From positions 281,480,001 to 281,544,000 of the forward strand of contig OZ024740.1 in the NCBI GenBank assembly GCA_964016885.1: a stretch of DNA of 64,000 nucleotides, given 5' to 3'. Position numbers and translations under genes: made by a program. Source of the stretch: Eledone cirrhosa (lineage: Eukaryota). Of the stretch, positions 37,307 to 50,354 are shown in pieces. Within the stretch, counting starts at the first letter, position 1. Each line of letters starts with the position of its first letter. Below the pieces are notes generated by a model. The model ran no database searches. It was not told the DNA's origin and saw nothing but the letters and a program-made list of their open reading frames with translations.

Positions 37307-40267
37307 TTTTCTTTTTAACCACAAGGGTTCACATAAAGTAGACATTAAGGACAGTACAGGACAATACAGGACGGTACAAATGGGCATTTCAGCGTGTAAA
37401 AAAACAGAGGTTGAAATAAAATAACAAAGAAAAATTCCCCAATAGGGGGGAGACTTCCAAGGGACATTTGTGGAGAAAGCCCATTAAAAGACCACAGTGG
37501 CCCTGACCACCAGGGCAAGTGCCCTCTCCCAGTTTTCCACCTTTAATTTACAGACACATACTCAGAGAAGGCCCATTCATTCGGGCCATACTTGCTTCTC
37601 TCACCCATCTTTCAACAAAATGCTGGGAAGAGAGCACTTCCATCTCTACCCTGATTTTCCTTTTCAAATGAAATTTGAAAAAGTTAATCAGGGCATCACC
37701 GAAGAGGTAAGTGCTCGTCTTCAGCCCTTTCAAACGTGTCCACCATACTATCTCTTTCGCCATGGCCACCAGACAGATAAAAACTGCCTGCCCTTCCAGG
37801 CTAAAGGAAGGGGGCGGGGCAATCCTCACGATGGACACAGCTGATAGCTGGATAGGTCCTACACGTGACAGCAGGTGTTCGACATAAACCCACAAGTCAG
37901 CAATGCTCGGACACTGGACGAGTGCGTGCAGGATGGTTTCGTCGCCCTGCGCGCATCTCGGACATGCCCGGCTGACGGCACCTCCATGCCTGTAGAGTTT
38001 ATCCCGAACTGGCAAAGCTCCTCGGTAGCACTGCCAGGCCAGGGATTTCTGGAAGTTGTCCATAGGCCCCGGCCCGAAAGTCCTTCCGAAGAGATTGGCT
38101 AGTTGATTTTCGTCGACGCCTAGAGTTTCTCCAAGTACGTCGTCGCTCTTCCCCTCCACTAATCCCCTATAGAACGCCAAGGTGGAGTTTCCACCGATCA
38201 CATTGCCCAATTGGTCGAGGGCTGTGAGCGCCTGAAGACATTCCAGTCTCCAAGCGCTCCCTCTCGGTCTTCGCTTGACCCAGGACTGCAGCTCCGTCAA
38301 GGAGACGAGCTGGGGAAAAACGTGTCTTGCAAACGGCGACCACACCTGATCACCGTCGAGGAAGAGGTGGAGATGCCGTAGCCTGAGCGCGTGTCTGCGC
38401 ATTATCAGCCACGGCATGCCCAGCCCTCCACGTAGCGGGTGTTGACAGCAGATGGACCGCCTGACCATCGGAGCGCGTCCCTTCCACAAGAAGCGAAAGA
38501 GCAAACGCTCCAGCGCAGTCAGGCGGGGCTTAGGACAAGGTACGACGGTCAGGCGGTAGTAGATGACGGATGCGATGTACGCATTCGCCACCTCCGCTCG
38601 ACCTTTCAGGGATAGCTTCCTCTCGGCCCATTTCTGGGTGAGAGAAGCCACCCTGCTTGTCACCTCGTCCCAGTTTTTGTCCGCCTGGAGGTCCGGACCG
38701 AACCAGACCCCTAGCAATTTAACCGGTCCGTCCGTCCAGCGTCCGACGACGCTGTTGGATGGCATGGACCTGCCTCTCCAGGTGCCGAGCTGCAGGCCCA
38801 CTGACTTTTCCTGGTTGATCATTGCTCCTGTCACCGCTTCGTATTCTCTTAGTGTAGTGCCGATCGCCTCGATGTTTGGCGTTCGACACCACTACGGTGA
38901 CATCGTCCGCATATGCTGACACGGATCTTCCGCATCCTAGTTCGCGCGGGACGCCCCTCAACGTCTCCAGTTTGTGCAGTAATGGCTCGAGAGTCAATAC
39001 GTACAAGAGGGACGAGAGGGGACATCCTTGGCGGACCGAGCGCATGATGTTGAACGGTTCCGAAAGGTGACCGTTCACTCTCACCTCAGAGCAGATGTCG
39101 CTGTGCATGGCAGCGATCCAGCCTCTGAAGACGGGCCCAAAGCCAGCCGCCCTCAGGACTGCCGCTAGGTAACGATGGTCGACCCTATCGAAAGCTTTCG
39201 ACTGATCAAATTGATCAAGGACCCACCCGTTCCAGGTTCCCTAGCTACCCTCTCTACGATGTATCGCAAGAGGTGGAGGTGGTTGTCGTGGATGGATCTG
39301 TCGGGAATGGCGCATGTCTGTGCCTCTCCCACCAGACCAGCAACGACAAGCGCCAACCTCTTTGCTAGCACCTTGGCCAAAATCTTGAACTCTGTGTTTA
39401 GCAGAGTTATGGGCCTGAAATTATCTATGTTATCCCCCTTGTTCGGATCCTTTCTCAGCAGCGCCACAGCTCCTCGGCTCACAGAGCTGGGAATTCTCCC
39501 GTTCTGTTGCCAGTTGCAGTAGACGTCCGCCAAGAGGCCTCCGAACAAGTCTGGCATCTGTACGTGAAGTTCATAGGGCAAACCATCCAAACCAGGCGAT
39601 TTACCCCTTGTGCAGCCAGTCACTGCCTCCCGTTCTTCAGCGGCTGTTACCGGCTTTTCGCAACACTCCGCCTCAGTGGCCGAGAGCGGCGGCAGTCCGT
39701 CGAGGTAGACACTAAAGTCCATCCCTCGATTCGGCCCGCCGCTGCCACCGAACAGCTGTGCGAAGTGTCGCTGAAAATCTTCACATTTTCCCGGGATCGA
39801 GTAGCATACGCCCGTCGTGGTCCACCAAAGACCGGATCGTGACTTTGTTGCCACGACGCGCCTCCGCCACTCGGGCCCATTGAACGACTTTCGTCCCCTC
39901 GTGTCTGAGAGCAGGCACCCTAGCTCTGACAACGCAGCATTCGTGCTTTGCCTTGAAGAATTGGTCAAGGGCCAATTTCGCCGCAAGTACGTCGGTCGCG
40001 ATGCCTTTGCTAAGCGCCTCGTCTAATTTTCTAACTAATTCTCCCTCTGCTCTATTTTTCTCTATTGTTAAAGCCTTACTAAACCTAATGGACTCTATTC
40101 TAATTGCTCTTTTCAGAGCAAACCACCACTTGTTGTTGACGATGGCCCCCGTCAACGCTCGCTTAACTAGTTCGCTAATCCGGTCTCTGTAGGCCTTGCG
40201 CGCTGGTAAGGACGCGTTTAGCTTCCAGTAGCCGGGTCTAAATTTGAAAAAGTTAATCAGGACATCA
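37304..40267 (-). mobile_element. 5'-truncated Tx1/L1-clade LINE (copy 2)
   Basis: Highly similar to 27673-31990 in reverse; ORF pieces 39781-40155, 39165-39986, 38719-39108, 37548-38834; 3' tail runs into (ATT)n. Confidence 0.92.
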
Positions 40268-40630
40268 TAATAATAATAATAATAATCACCCCCAGTGATT
40301 TCATCACCCTCCGGTGATTTTAGCGTGGCACCATCACGCTGTAGACGAACATATATAAATAAACAAATAAATAGATGAGAACTTTAAAAAATAAATATAA
40401 GTTTTATTGTAATGTTTGAATATCTGACTTAGTTTTTTTCGTTTTTCAAGGCCAGTAACATCGGTTACCAGTGCTGTTGTTGTTGCTGCTGCTGCTGCTT
40501 TTGTTTTTAGCTACGTGGGAAGTAGTGGTTGTTGCGTTCAAAACTTTTGAAATTTGTTGTTGTAGGATCTGTTTTTGTCTGTGTTCTGTTCTATAATCTT
40601 TCGACTTGTTGCTTATTATTATTATATTAT

Positions 40631-40810
40631 TGGCAGTATCGGTAGAGGGTCGGACGCCACGCTCTCCAGCATAGTTACGTCCCTTTACGATCTGAGTTCA
40701 AATCCCGCCGAGGTCGACTTTACCTTTCATCCTTACGGGGTCGATAAAATAAAGTACCAGTAATGCACTGGGTAATTGCTGCCTTGTGCCTAAAGTAGAA
40801 ACAATTATTA
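40631..40810 (+). mobile_element. tRNA-derived SINE, first of a tandem pair
   Basis: tggcagtatcgg, gagttcaaatccc, tail ccttgtgcctaaagtagaaacaattatt. Confidence 0.9.
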
Positions 40811-40816
40811 TATTAT

Positions 40817-41003
40817 TGGCAGTATCAGTAGAAGGTCGGACGCCATGCTTCCCAGCATAGTTACGTCCCTTTACGGTCTGAGTTCAAATCCCGCCAAGGT
40901 GAGTTTTGCCTTTCATACTTACGGGGTAGATAAAATAAAATACCAGTAATGCACTGGATAGTTGCTGGCTTTGTGCCAAAAGTAGAAACAATTATTATTA
41001 TAT
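40817..41003 (+). mobile_element. tRNA-derived SINE, second of a tandem pair
   Basis: Same head, B-box and tail as the first unit. Confidence 0.9.
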
Positions 41004-41599
41004 TAAAGTTTAGATTTGACATCGTGTAAACTAAACATTTTCAGAGAGTTTAGAGATACAACAACAATAATTAGGTTGGTGTTGTTTTTGTTGTTGTTAG
41101 CTGTTTGACCGAGTCACTAACCCAGTCTATTTATATCTTTTGATGCCTTCTTCGCTTCTATTCATGTGTAGTGTCACTACTGCCATTCCTCTCTTAACAG
41201 GAGGTAGTGTGGGAATAGTGGTGGTAGCGATGATGCAGTGGTCGCGGTGGTGATGGGATAGTAGTACTAAAGTGATGGTGTTGCTGCAGCTGTTGGTTTC
41301 TATTTTGTTTGTGGTAGGTGATGGTGGGGCGGCGGTGGTGAAATTATTTGGCTATTGTTTGTAACCATTTTCTTTTTTCACTATAAAATTTCTGATACAA
41401 AATTAAATATTGGAACCCTATGCCATAATGTGATGCGTTGTCACTTCCTGAGGGTGAAGACTGGTATATTATGTTCCATTTGTAATAAGAATGTTTCTAT
41501 CACAATTGTTTTAAATATTAAAAAAATTAAAAACTTACGGGAGCGATTCCATAACAGCGATGTAACTGGCCTTCAAAAACGAAAAAGGTAAAGGAAAAA

Positions 41600-44500
41600 A
41601 GACAAAAAACAAAAAACAACTAAGTCAGACATTCAAACATTACAATGAAACTTATGTTTATTTTTTTAAGTATTCATCTATTTATTTGTTTATTTATTTA
41701 TCGTCTACAGCGTGATGGTCCCACGCTAAAATCACCGGGGGTGATGAAATCACTGGGTGTGATGAAATCACCGGTGGTTATGTAAACATACATTCACCAA
41801 TCCTTGATATGAGTGTTTACATGTCGAACCTAAACAGTTCGAATAACGGTGAAGAGGAGACTGGAACGCCATGTGACAGACTCTCACCCAGCAAGTGCCC
41901 CCTGGCACAGCAGCAGGGACTTGGATGTCATCCAAATACTGCTGGTGTTTGAGGTAGAAGAAGAAGGAAAGGGACAAGAACCAACTGGACGAAAGAATTG
42001 AATGTCATGGAATGTTACTTGAAGAGTAACCCTAAGGAAAAAGGCTATAGGAAACGGATGCATAACATCTGGATCGAGATTGGTCTATTTAAATTAGATG
42101 AACAAAAATTGGCCGGGCAAGCTCGGGTAATAAGAATTAATGGATGGATAAGCGAGTTGGAACTGGAGGAACTGAGCAGAGAGATTAGGTTGGAAATGGA
42201 GAGTGGAGTATGCCAGGCAAACGAGCCAGTGGGAAATAAATAACATCTGGAACAAAGATACGGCCATTGAGGAAATGAATGCTGACGGGTTAGGATAAGA
42301 TTTGGTTGATATCCTAAACTTAGTGGTATATGAAATGAACAATGATAGCGGTAAACCTATAAACCTAAGGTTTGTAAACAGGAAAATGTTAAAAGAAACA
42401 ACAGCTAAGGTAAACAAAGTCATCCCATACCTTGAGGCGAGGAACCTTCACCAATGCAACAATATCCTCAAAGCAACAGCAAATGCGGTGAGGAAATTAC
42501 TTGGCATAAAAACGAGAGGAAACAACAAACGAGAAAGATAAGAATCTTGGTGGAAGAAACGACTGAATGGTCAAATCTGGGAAATGAGAAATGACATTGG
42601 AAAGCTTGAGTCCCTACTGAATGGGACACTACAAAACATAGAGACTAAAAATAGACTGGGAATAAAGTACAAAACTAGGAGGAAAAAGCTAAATATTATC
42701 ATAGAGGAACTGAAGCAACGCATTGTAGCAAATAGTGCGAAGATTAGGCGATATGAGAGCAGAGTCAGTCAGTATAGACAGAACCGCATGTTTGACGACA
42801 GCCAGAAGATGTTGTTTGGACAGCTTGAAGGGAAAGAAAGAGGCAACGACTTATCCCTGAGGTGGAACAGACTAAGACATTCTGGAGATGAATATGGGAG
42901 CAGGATGTTGAACATAATGATCAGGCAGTGTGGATTGAGACAGTACAAAAGGAGATTAGTGAACAAGCACACCAACAAACTGATTTGAGTATCACAGTTG
43001 AAACTCTTAAAGGGCAGGCCAAAAAACTAACCAACTGGAAATCACCAGGCCCAGATGGTGTGCAGGTGTATTGGATCAAATATATAACATCCCTCCACCC
43101 GAAACTGACAACCATGTTCAATGACTGCTTGATGTCGTGTGAGGTACCAAAGTGGTTGACAAAAAGTACCACAGTTCTGGTAATGAAAGACCGAATCAAG
43201 GGTAATGATGTTACCAACTATAGACCTATCATATGTCTGTCCGTAATGTGGAAACTGTTAACAAGCATTGTGTCTGAGGAAATCTACCATCACCTCCACA
43301 TAAACAACGTGTTACCGGACGAACAGAAAGGATGCCGAAAGAAGTCCCGTGGTACAAAAGAGCAGTTACTTATTAATAAGATGGTAATGAGGAATTGGAA
43401 GAGGAGACACACTGGTCTTGCCATGGGATGGATAGACTACAAAAAGGCATTTGACATGGTACCTCTTTCTTGGATCACCAAAAGCCTAGAGATCTTCAAG
43501 GTGGCAGATAACATCAGACAGTTGTTGGGCAAAAGTATGAAGTCCTGGGAAACAGAGTTAACATCAGCTGGAGAATCCTTGGGAGGTGTGAAGATCAAGA
43601 GAGGTATCTTCCAGGGAGATAGTTTGTCCCCTCTGTTGTTTGTCCTTTCCCTGATACCCCTGACCATTATACTGCGAAAAGTGAGAGCAGGATACAAGTT
43701 GGGAAAAGAAGAGCTTACCATCAACCACCTCCTCTTCATGGACGATATTAAGCTCTTCGGGAAGATGAGAAGGAGTTGGATGTACTTGTTGACTGTATTT
43801 TCAACAATGATATATGTATGCAATTTGGTATTAATAAGTGTGGAGTCCTAGTGATGAAGTGTAGTAAATTGAGCAGAAGGAACGGAATCCAGGTACCAAC
43901 AGGTGAGATGATAAAGGAAATTGATACTGAAGAAGTATACAAATATTTAGGTGTTCTGGAGGCAGATGACATCAAGAACAAACAAATGAAGGAATCGATA
44001 AGATCTGAGTACATTAGGAGAGTAAGGAGCGTATTAAAATCACATCTAAATAGTAGGAATGCCATAAGTGAAGTAAATTCCCGAGCTGTGTCTATTATTA
44101 GGTACAGTGCGGGAATTCTGAAATGGTATGTTGCTGAACAAAAAGAAATGGATAGGAAGACTAGGAAGCTATTGACTATCTACAACATGTTCCACAAGAG
44201 GAGTGATGTCGATATACTCTACATAAAGAGATCTGAAGGTGGAAGAGGTCTTATCAGCATAGAGGACTGTGTTCAGATGGAGAAAAACAACCTCCACAAA
44301 TACGTGACTGATAGTAAGGAGCCAATGCTCAGAACTGTACTGAAGGAGAGGACAATAGACCAGGGGATGTCCTAGGAGGAAATAACATCAAGGAGAAAGA
44401 GCAGCCTTCAGGAAAAATCCCTTCATAGTACCTTCTTTGAGAAAACTGAATTCAGAGATCCACAGACATGGAACTGATTAAAAAGAGGAGACCTTAAAAA

Positions 44501-45200
44501 GGCTACAGAAGGAATGCTAATGGCTGCGCAAGAGCAGGCCCTCAGAACGAAGTGGGTGAAACACCATATTTTCAAGGAAGAGGCTAGCCCACTGTGTAGG
44601 ATTTGTGGAGAGAGAGAGGAGACTGTGATTCACATTGTATCCGAGTGTAAACACCTAGCCCAGACTCACTATAAAGGCTGGAGACATGACGTGATGGGTA
44701 GGGTGATCCACTGGCACCTATGCAAAGTAAACAATTTACCACATTCTGAGAAGTGGTATGAGCATAAGCCAGAGTCGGTGATAGAAAACAATCAGGTGAT
44801 GGTGCTATGGGATTTTAGGATACAGACGGACAAGAAACTGGAACACAATAGGCCTGACCTGGTGGTTTGTGACAAGGAAAAAATCGTGCCTGATTGTAGA
44901 TGTAGCCTGCCCATTTGACACAAGAGTGCAAGAAAAGAAGAGGGAGAAAATTAACCGCTACCAGGACTTAAAGTGGGAGGTAAAAAGGATTTGGAACTGC
45001 CATGAAGTCAGAGTCGTCCCGATTGTCATAGGCGCACAAGGTACTATCTCAAAGAGTTTCCAAGGATGGTTAAAGAAAATTAGTCCAGCCACGCTTTTTG
45101 GAACACTTCAAAAGGCATGCTTGCTGGGAACAGCAAGAACCTTCCGATACTTCCTGAATATCGAAATAAATCGAACACCATCGACAAAACAATAATAAAA
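41600..45200 (+). mobile_element. Decayed full-length R4/Dong family A copy
   Basis: ORF fragments 41998-45195 are collinear with the 1130-aa protein (CYLKSNPKEKGYRKRM, GIFQGDSLSP, LFMDDIK, RPDLVV) but carry many stops and frameshifts; upstream sequence is homologous to 23752-24000. Confidence 0.92.
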
Positions 45201-45736
45201 ACACTAAGAAAACGAAGTGGAAACATAATGGACGAATACCAAAGAAGCCTAAAAAATAAATTTTGTACACGGATCGTCCTTATAACATAATTTTCTTCAT
45301 TAAAATAACGGACCACATATGTTAATAAAGAAACTGAATATCAGCCGCACCACTACTCAGAATTTTAAATCAAAACAAAAAGAAAAACGATATATGTAAG
45401 TAACACACTCTATTGATTATATTACACATACATGTATTATAAACACAACGAAAAATGTACACAAAACAAACATGCAGATATACAGACGTTCGCTCTTTGA
45501 ACTTAAAGAAAAAACTATTTGAAGAAGAGAAACAGTCGTAGATCGGACGAAACACGTTGCTTATTTCGAGGAGTAAGTTTTGTTTAATTTGGTATTCCCT
45601 AACACGAAAACAAGACAAATTATTTCACAACTTATCTCTACAAATAATCTGACACTAGTTGTGAGAACTGCATAAATATTTTTATATATTTACCCATTAC
45701 AATCGCTGTTTACATATTATTATTTGAAGAAAAGAT

Positions 45737-45918
45737 GGTGGATTGGCAGTATCGGTAGAGGGTCGGACGCCATGCTTTCCAACATAGTTACGTCCCATTA
45801 CGAAGTGAGTTCAAATCCCGCCGAGGTTGACTTTGCCTTTCATCCTTACGGGGTCGATAAAATAAAGTACCAGTAATGCACTGGGTATTCTGCTGGCCTT
45901 GTGCCTAAAGTAGAAACA
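45737..45918 (+). mobile_element. tRNA-derived SINE with perfect 18-bp TSD
   Basis: TSD attatttgaagaaaagat at 45719-45736 and 45919-45936; A and B boxes present. Confidence 0.93.
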
Positions 45919-46607
45919 ATTATTTGAAGAAAAGATACAGACATTGATCGGAAAACACACTGTTTATTCCGGGGGATAAGTTCTGTGTAATCAAAAATCC
46001 GACTAATTATTATGCAATAATCTCTGTGGATGAAAATGTGAAAGGTGCATATATTTTTTTTAATATTTCCCCAATACAATTTTCCTTTTTTTACATTTTG
46101 GTCGATTGTGGCTAAATTTCAGATTTTGAAAAGAAAATGGACAGTTGAAAGATCACTTCTCTCTCCCACCACCACTTTCACAATCATTCCTTACACATTC
46201 ACACCAGTAAATCCCCAATCTATTTTTAGACTACTGTCACTGACTGCTACCTACTTCCCTTCTCAGTGTCTAATGTGTGGGTATATATATATATGTGTTT
46301 ATATACATACGTGTGTATAAGTATGCACGTGTGAAGGAATACTAGGACCCCATTTACACCTCAAACTCGAAATAGACAGAAAATAACATCGGAGAAGCAA
46401 CTCCTATAAGCTACAATGTCTCCCTACCCACTACCACTCCCAGCACCCCCACCCCAGCATTAATCTCTCTGCCACCACCACCAACACCACTCACACCACA
46501 AGAACAGTTGAGAAAATTCTCGTACTCCTCTTACAGCTGCAACCTTAACAATATCACCTCAATGAACAACAGCAATGACCATAACTATACTGTTATAATA
46601 GTAATAA

Positions 46608-49600
46608 TGATCTCAGTGCCAGTCAGCAAATGTACTACCCAAAGAGCCAAGCAACTTTCCATGTACGTCCAATACCATGTGTAACGCAAGCATGTACTGC
46701 GAGATGAACAAATAAAAATTAATACATAATACCGAGTCGTTTTTCATATGGTTAATCAGGAAGCGCGTCCCTCAGGAAGGTGCCAACCTGAGATCGAAAA
46801 GTCCTCCTCTGGCACAAACTCTTCTCCAATTATGGACCTGGATGGTCACTTGATCGGGGATTGCCCCAACTCGAGCCCTCCAGATCCACCACCCAAACCA
46901 CCCAAAAAAGAAAAACCTAAAAGGATGAAATGGACCCGAGAAGAGTATAAAGAAGTAATATATGCATATTACTATGCATTAGGTAAGCCATCACAAGACA
47001 GACACACTTTAAACTCCTACAAAATCTGGAAAACTCGGAATCAAGCTAGCAGACGTGATATGGATGGAAATAAGTTGGCAAATGTAAGGAGGTATATCTT
47101 CAGAAATAATAGACTCACAGACACTGAAATAACTGCGATCAAGCAGGCTGTGGAGAATGACATAAATATAAATGATGAAAGAACTGAAGAATTTCCTGGA
47201 GATAGTAACCAGTCACAAGTTTTTAGTGAAAGACCTCCATCTGACCAAATCACAAATAGGTTTGTAGAAATTAGAAGCCCTATTGAACCCGCTGAAAATA
47301 GTCAGGTGAGGGACTTAGAAACAGTAATTAAAAACCAAACATCTGCTGAAGAACATAGGGAGACTATGAAGGAATTAAAGCAAAAAATACTGAATGAGCT
47401 TGCAGTAGTAAGACATTCTAGTATAAATGATAGAGAACCACTTCAAAAACTCCCAAATACAATCCAAAATAGAAAACAAATAATTGTTTCTACTTTAGGC
47501 ACAAGGCCAGCAATTAGCCAGTGCATTACTGGTACTTTATTTTATCGACCCCGAACAAATAATGATTGGTAATTCTGTGACAAAACTGACGTAATGAGAG
47601 GAGAAATATCTGTATTGAGTGAGTTAACCACTGGAAATGATATAAGATCCAAGAAGGTAAGAAAGCTAAAGAGAAAATATGGACTGTCTTCTAGAGAAGC
47701 AATAGTTTCAACAAAAGAATCTCTGAAAGAAAAAGTCCAAGTAAAAGCCCAACGAATTCGTAGATTCGAGAAGCGAAACAACTTCTACGGGCAAAATAAG
47801 TTGTTCTCATTCAATGCCAAGTCATTTTATAGAGAAGTAGGGAAGAAAAAAATAATTATTGAAGACTCCCCCACCGTCCCCCCACCGTCCATAGATGAAG
47901 TTGAAAACTTCTGGAGTAAGATTTGGAGTGATGAGAAGACATATAATGCTAATGTAGATTGGATTTGTCGCCTGGAAAATTCCTACACTAATTTAGAAGA
48001 ACGGGCGTGGGAAGACATCTCTATAGCGGACTTAATGACAGCACTCAATAAATCCCATAAAAGGAAATCTCCTGGTAGAGACAGGGTGCCTAATATCTGG
48101 CTTTCCTCACTACCGTGCACTCACAATATATTGGTAAAGCTGTTTAATGGAATTATGAAATATCAAAAAAATACACCTGATTGGATAGCAAGTGGCATTA
48201 CCTACCTTCTACCAAAGATAAAAAAAAGTTATCTCAAACTTCCTGAAACACAATATGTCATTATGGAATACAAATCTCCAATTGTCTCATTCCACTGGGG
48301 TACTGTGCTCTAGGAATATAAACATCAACTGTGGTATATTCCAGACTGATTCACTTTCACCCTTGCTTTTCTGCATAGCTTTAATACCCTTTACATCCGA
48401 ACTTAATAGAACAGGGCACGGTTATAGAATTGACAACAAAACAATAAGCCACCTATTTTATATGGATGATTTGAAGCTATATTGCAGAGATAATGACGAA
48501 CTTGAAGGCCTTTTGCGGACAGTAAAAACGTTTAGCGATGACATCAGGATGGAGTTTGGACCTGACAAGTGTGCAAAAGCTACTTTCAAGAAGGAGAAGC
48601 TTGTCATCTCAGACTCAGTTGAATTGGATGCTTGAAACAATCATAAAGGAACTTGAGCAGGAACAAACCTATAAATACTTAAGGATTAATGAGGGCTCTG
48701 GCATACAGAATGCAAGTATGAAAGAGAGGATAAGGAAAGAATGTTACAGGAGAGTACGTGCAGTTCTGAGATCAGAACTAAACGCTCGTAACAAGATGAT
48801 AGCCATAAATTCCTTGGCAGTCCCAGTTGTCACTTATAGCTTCGGTGTGTTGAACTGGAATATGAGTGAAATCAAAAGAATCGACACCAAAGTCCGTAAG
48901 CTACTGACCTGTAATAGGATGCACCACCCAAAAGCAGATGTGGATCGTCTTTACCTTCCTAGAACTCAAGGAGGCCGTGGCCTGATCCAATTTGAACTTG
49001 CTTACAAGACCCCCATCATTGGACTGGCCAAATACCTTGAAACAACTAACGACTGTATGCTGAAACTTGTTGAAAACCATGAGAGAAGTAAGAAGCTTCA
49101 TTCCATCTTGAAGGAGAACAAAAAATATGCTACTGATATCATGCTTGATACCCAGGCTGGACAGACTAAAGAAACTGTTGCAACTTATGCTGCTAGGCAC
49201 ATAAAATCACTGGTAAAAGTAAAAGGGCAAGGAGAATTAGCATCAAATGGGAGCTGAAACCTCTGCATGGCAAATATGTGGGGCGTAGCAAACAAGCTGA
49301 TGTTGACCAAAAGCACACCCATCAGTGGCTACGTAGTTCAGGGCTAAAGGCGGAGAGTGAAGGCTTCATCTTAGCTGCTCAAGATGAAAGCTTATTGACT
49401 CGTAATTACCAGGCCAATGTGATGAGAAATGGAATAAACCTAAAGTGCCAATTCTGCAATGCTGAGGTTAAAACAGTGGATCACTTAGTCTTTGGATGTA
49501 AAGTTTTATCACCAGTAGAATACAAATATAGACATGACAGAGTTGGCCAATATCTACACTGAGTAATATGTCGGCATTACAAAATCAAAGCTGAAGACAA

Positions 49601-50186
49601 GTGGTACAATCATCACCCTGAAGGTGTAACTGAAGGAGCAATAGTAACAATTCTCTGGGACTTTCCTGTACATACTGACAGGACCATAAAAGGAAATAGA
49701 CCTGACATCATTGTAAAAGATCAACATAACAAGGCCTGTTTATTGATACATATCAGCATCCCATGTGATCACAATATCGCGGCAAAAGAATTTGACAAGC
49801 TACGAAAATATAAAGATCTGCTTAATGAAATTGAGAAAATGTGGCACCTTAAGGCCGTTACAATACCAGTGACTGTGGGAGGACTGGGAATGATCAAGAA
49901 AGGAACAGAACAATATTTGCGAATGATTCCTGGTTTACCCTCTCTGCACGAGGTGCAACAAATTGTTTTGACTGGTAGTGCACACGTATTGAGAAGAGCA
50001 CTATCTCTGTAAGATTGATATCCCTCCTTGTATTTACATATGCATATGCACATGTGTATATATGTATACTGTTTTTGATTTTAAATTATAATCAATGTGC
50101 TGTATTAACTGGCTTACCAATGCCCTAGGTGTCAGTAAGACACTCGGAATATATCTCAGAAACAATAATGAAAGAAAATAAAAATG
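46608..50186 (+). mobile_element. Decayed R4/Dong element related to family B, with an internal RT deletion
   Basis: KRMKWTREEY N-terminus, KSPGRD, GIFQTDSLSP, LFYMDDLK, ERIRKECYRRVRAVL, RHD; RT motifs between ITYLLPK and GIFQ are missing; 3' end in (TAA)n. Confidence 0.88.
47478..47553 (-). mobile_element. SINE 3' fragment inserted into the Dong ORF
   Basis: Reverse complement of ggggtcgataaaataaagtaccagtaatgcactgg...ccttgtgcctaaagtagaaacaattat; short caaataat duplication on both sides. Confidence 0.85.
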
Positions 50187-50197
50187 ATAATAATAAT

Positions 50198-50330
50198 AAT
50201 GATTTCATTTATTAGCCACAGGGGCCAACATGTAGGGGACAATACAAAGACAGGGACAGTGGGGGTTTACAATACGGTCGAGTAAAAGTGCACAATGGCA
50301 AGACTAATTTAACAATGAAGATATGAAAAT
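50198..50330 (-). mobile_element. Very short 3'-end fragment of a Tx1-like LINE
   Basis: Minus strand ctgtccctgtctttgtattgtcccct...cccctgtggctaataaatgaaatcattatt resembles the 3' termini of the Tx1 copies. Confidence 0.6.
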
Positions 50331-50354
50331 AATAATAATAATAAGGATGAGGAT

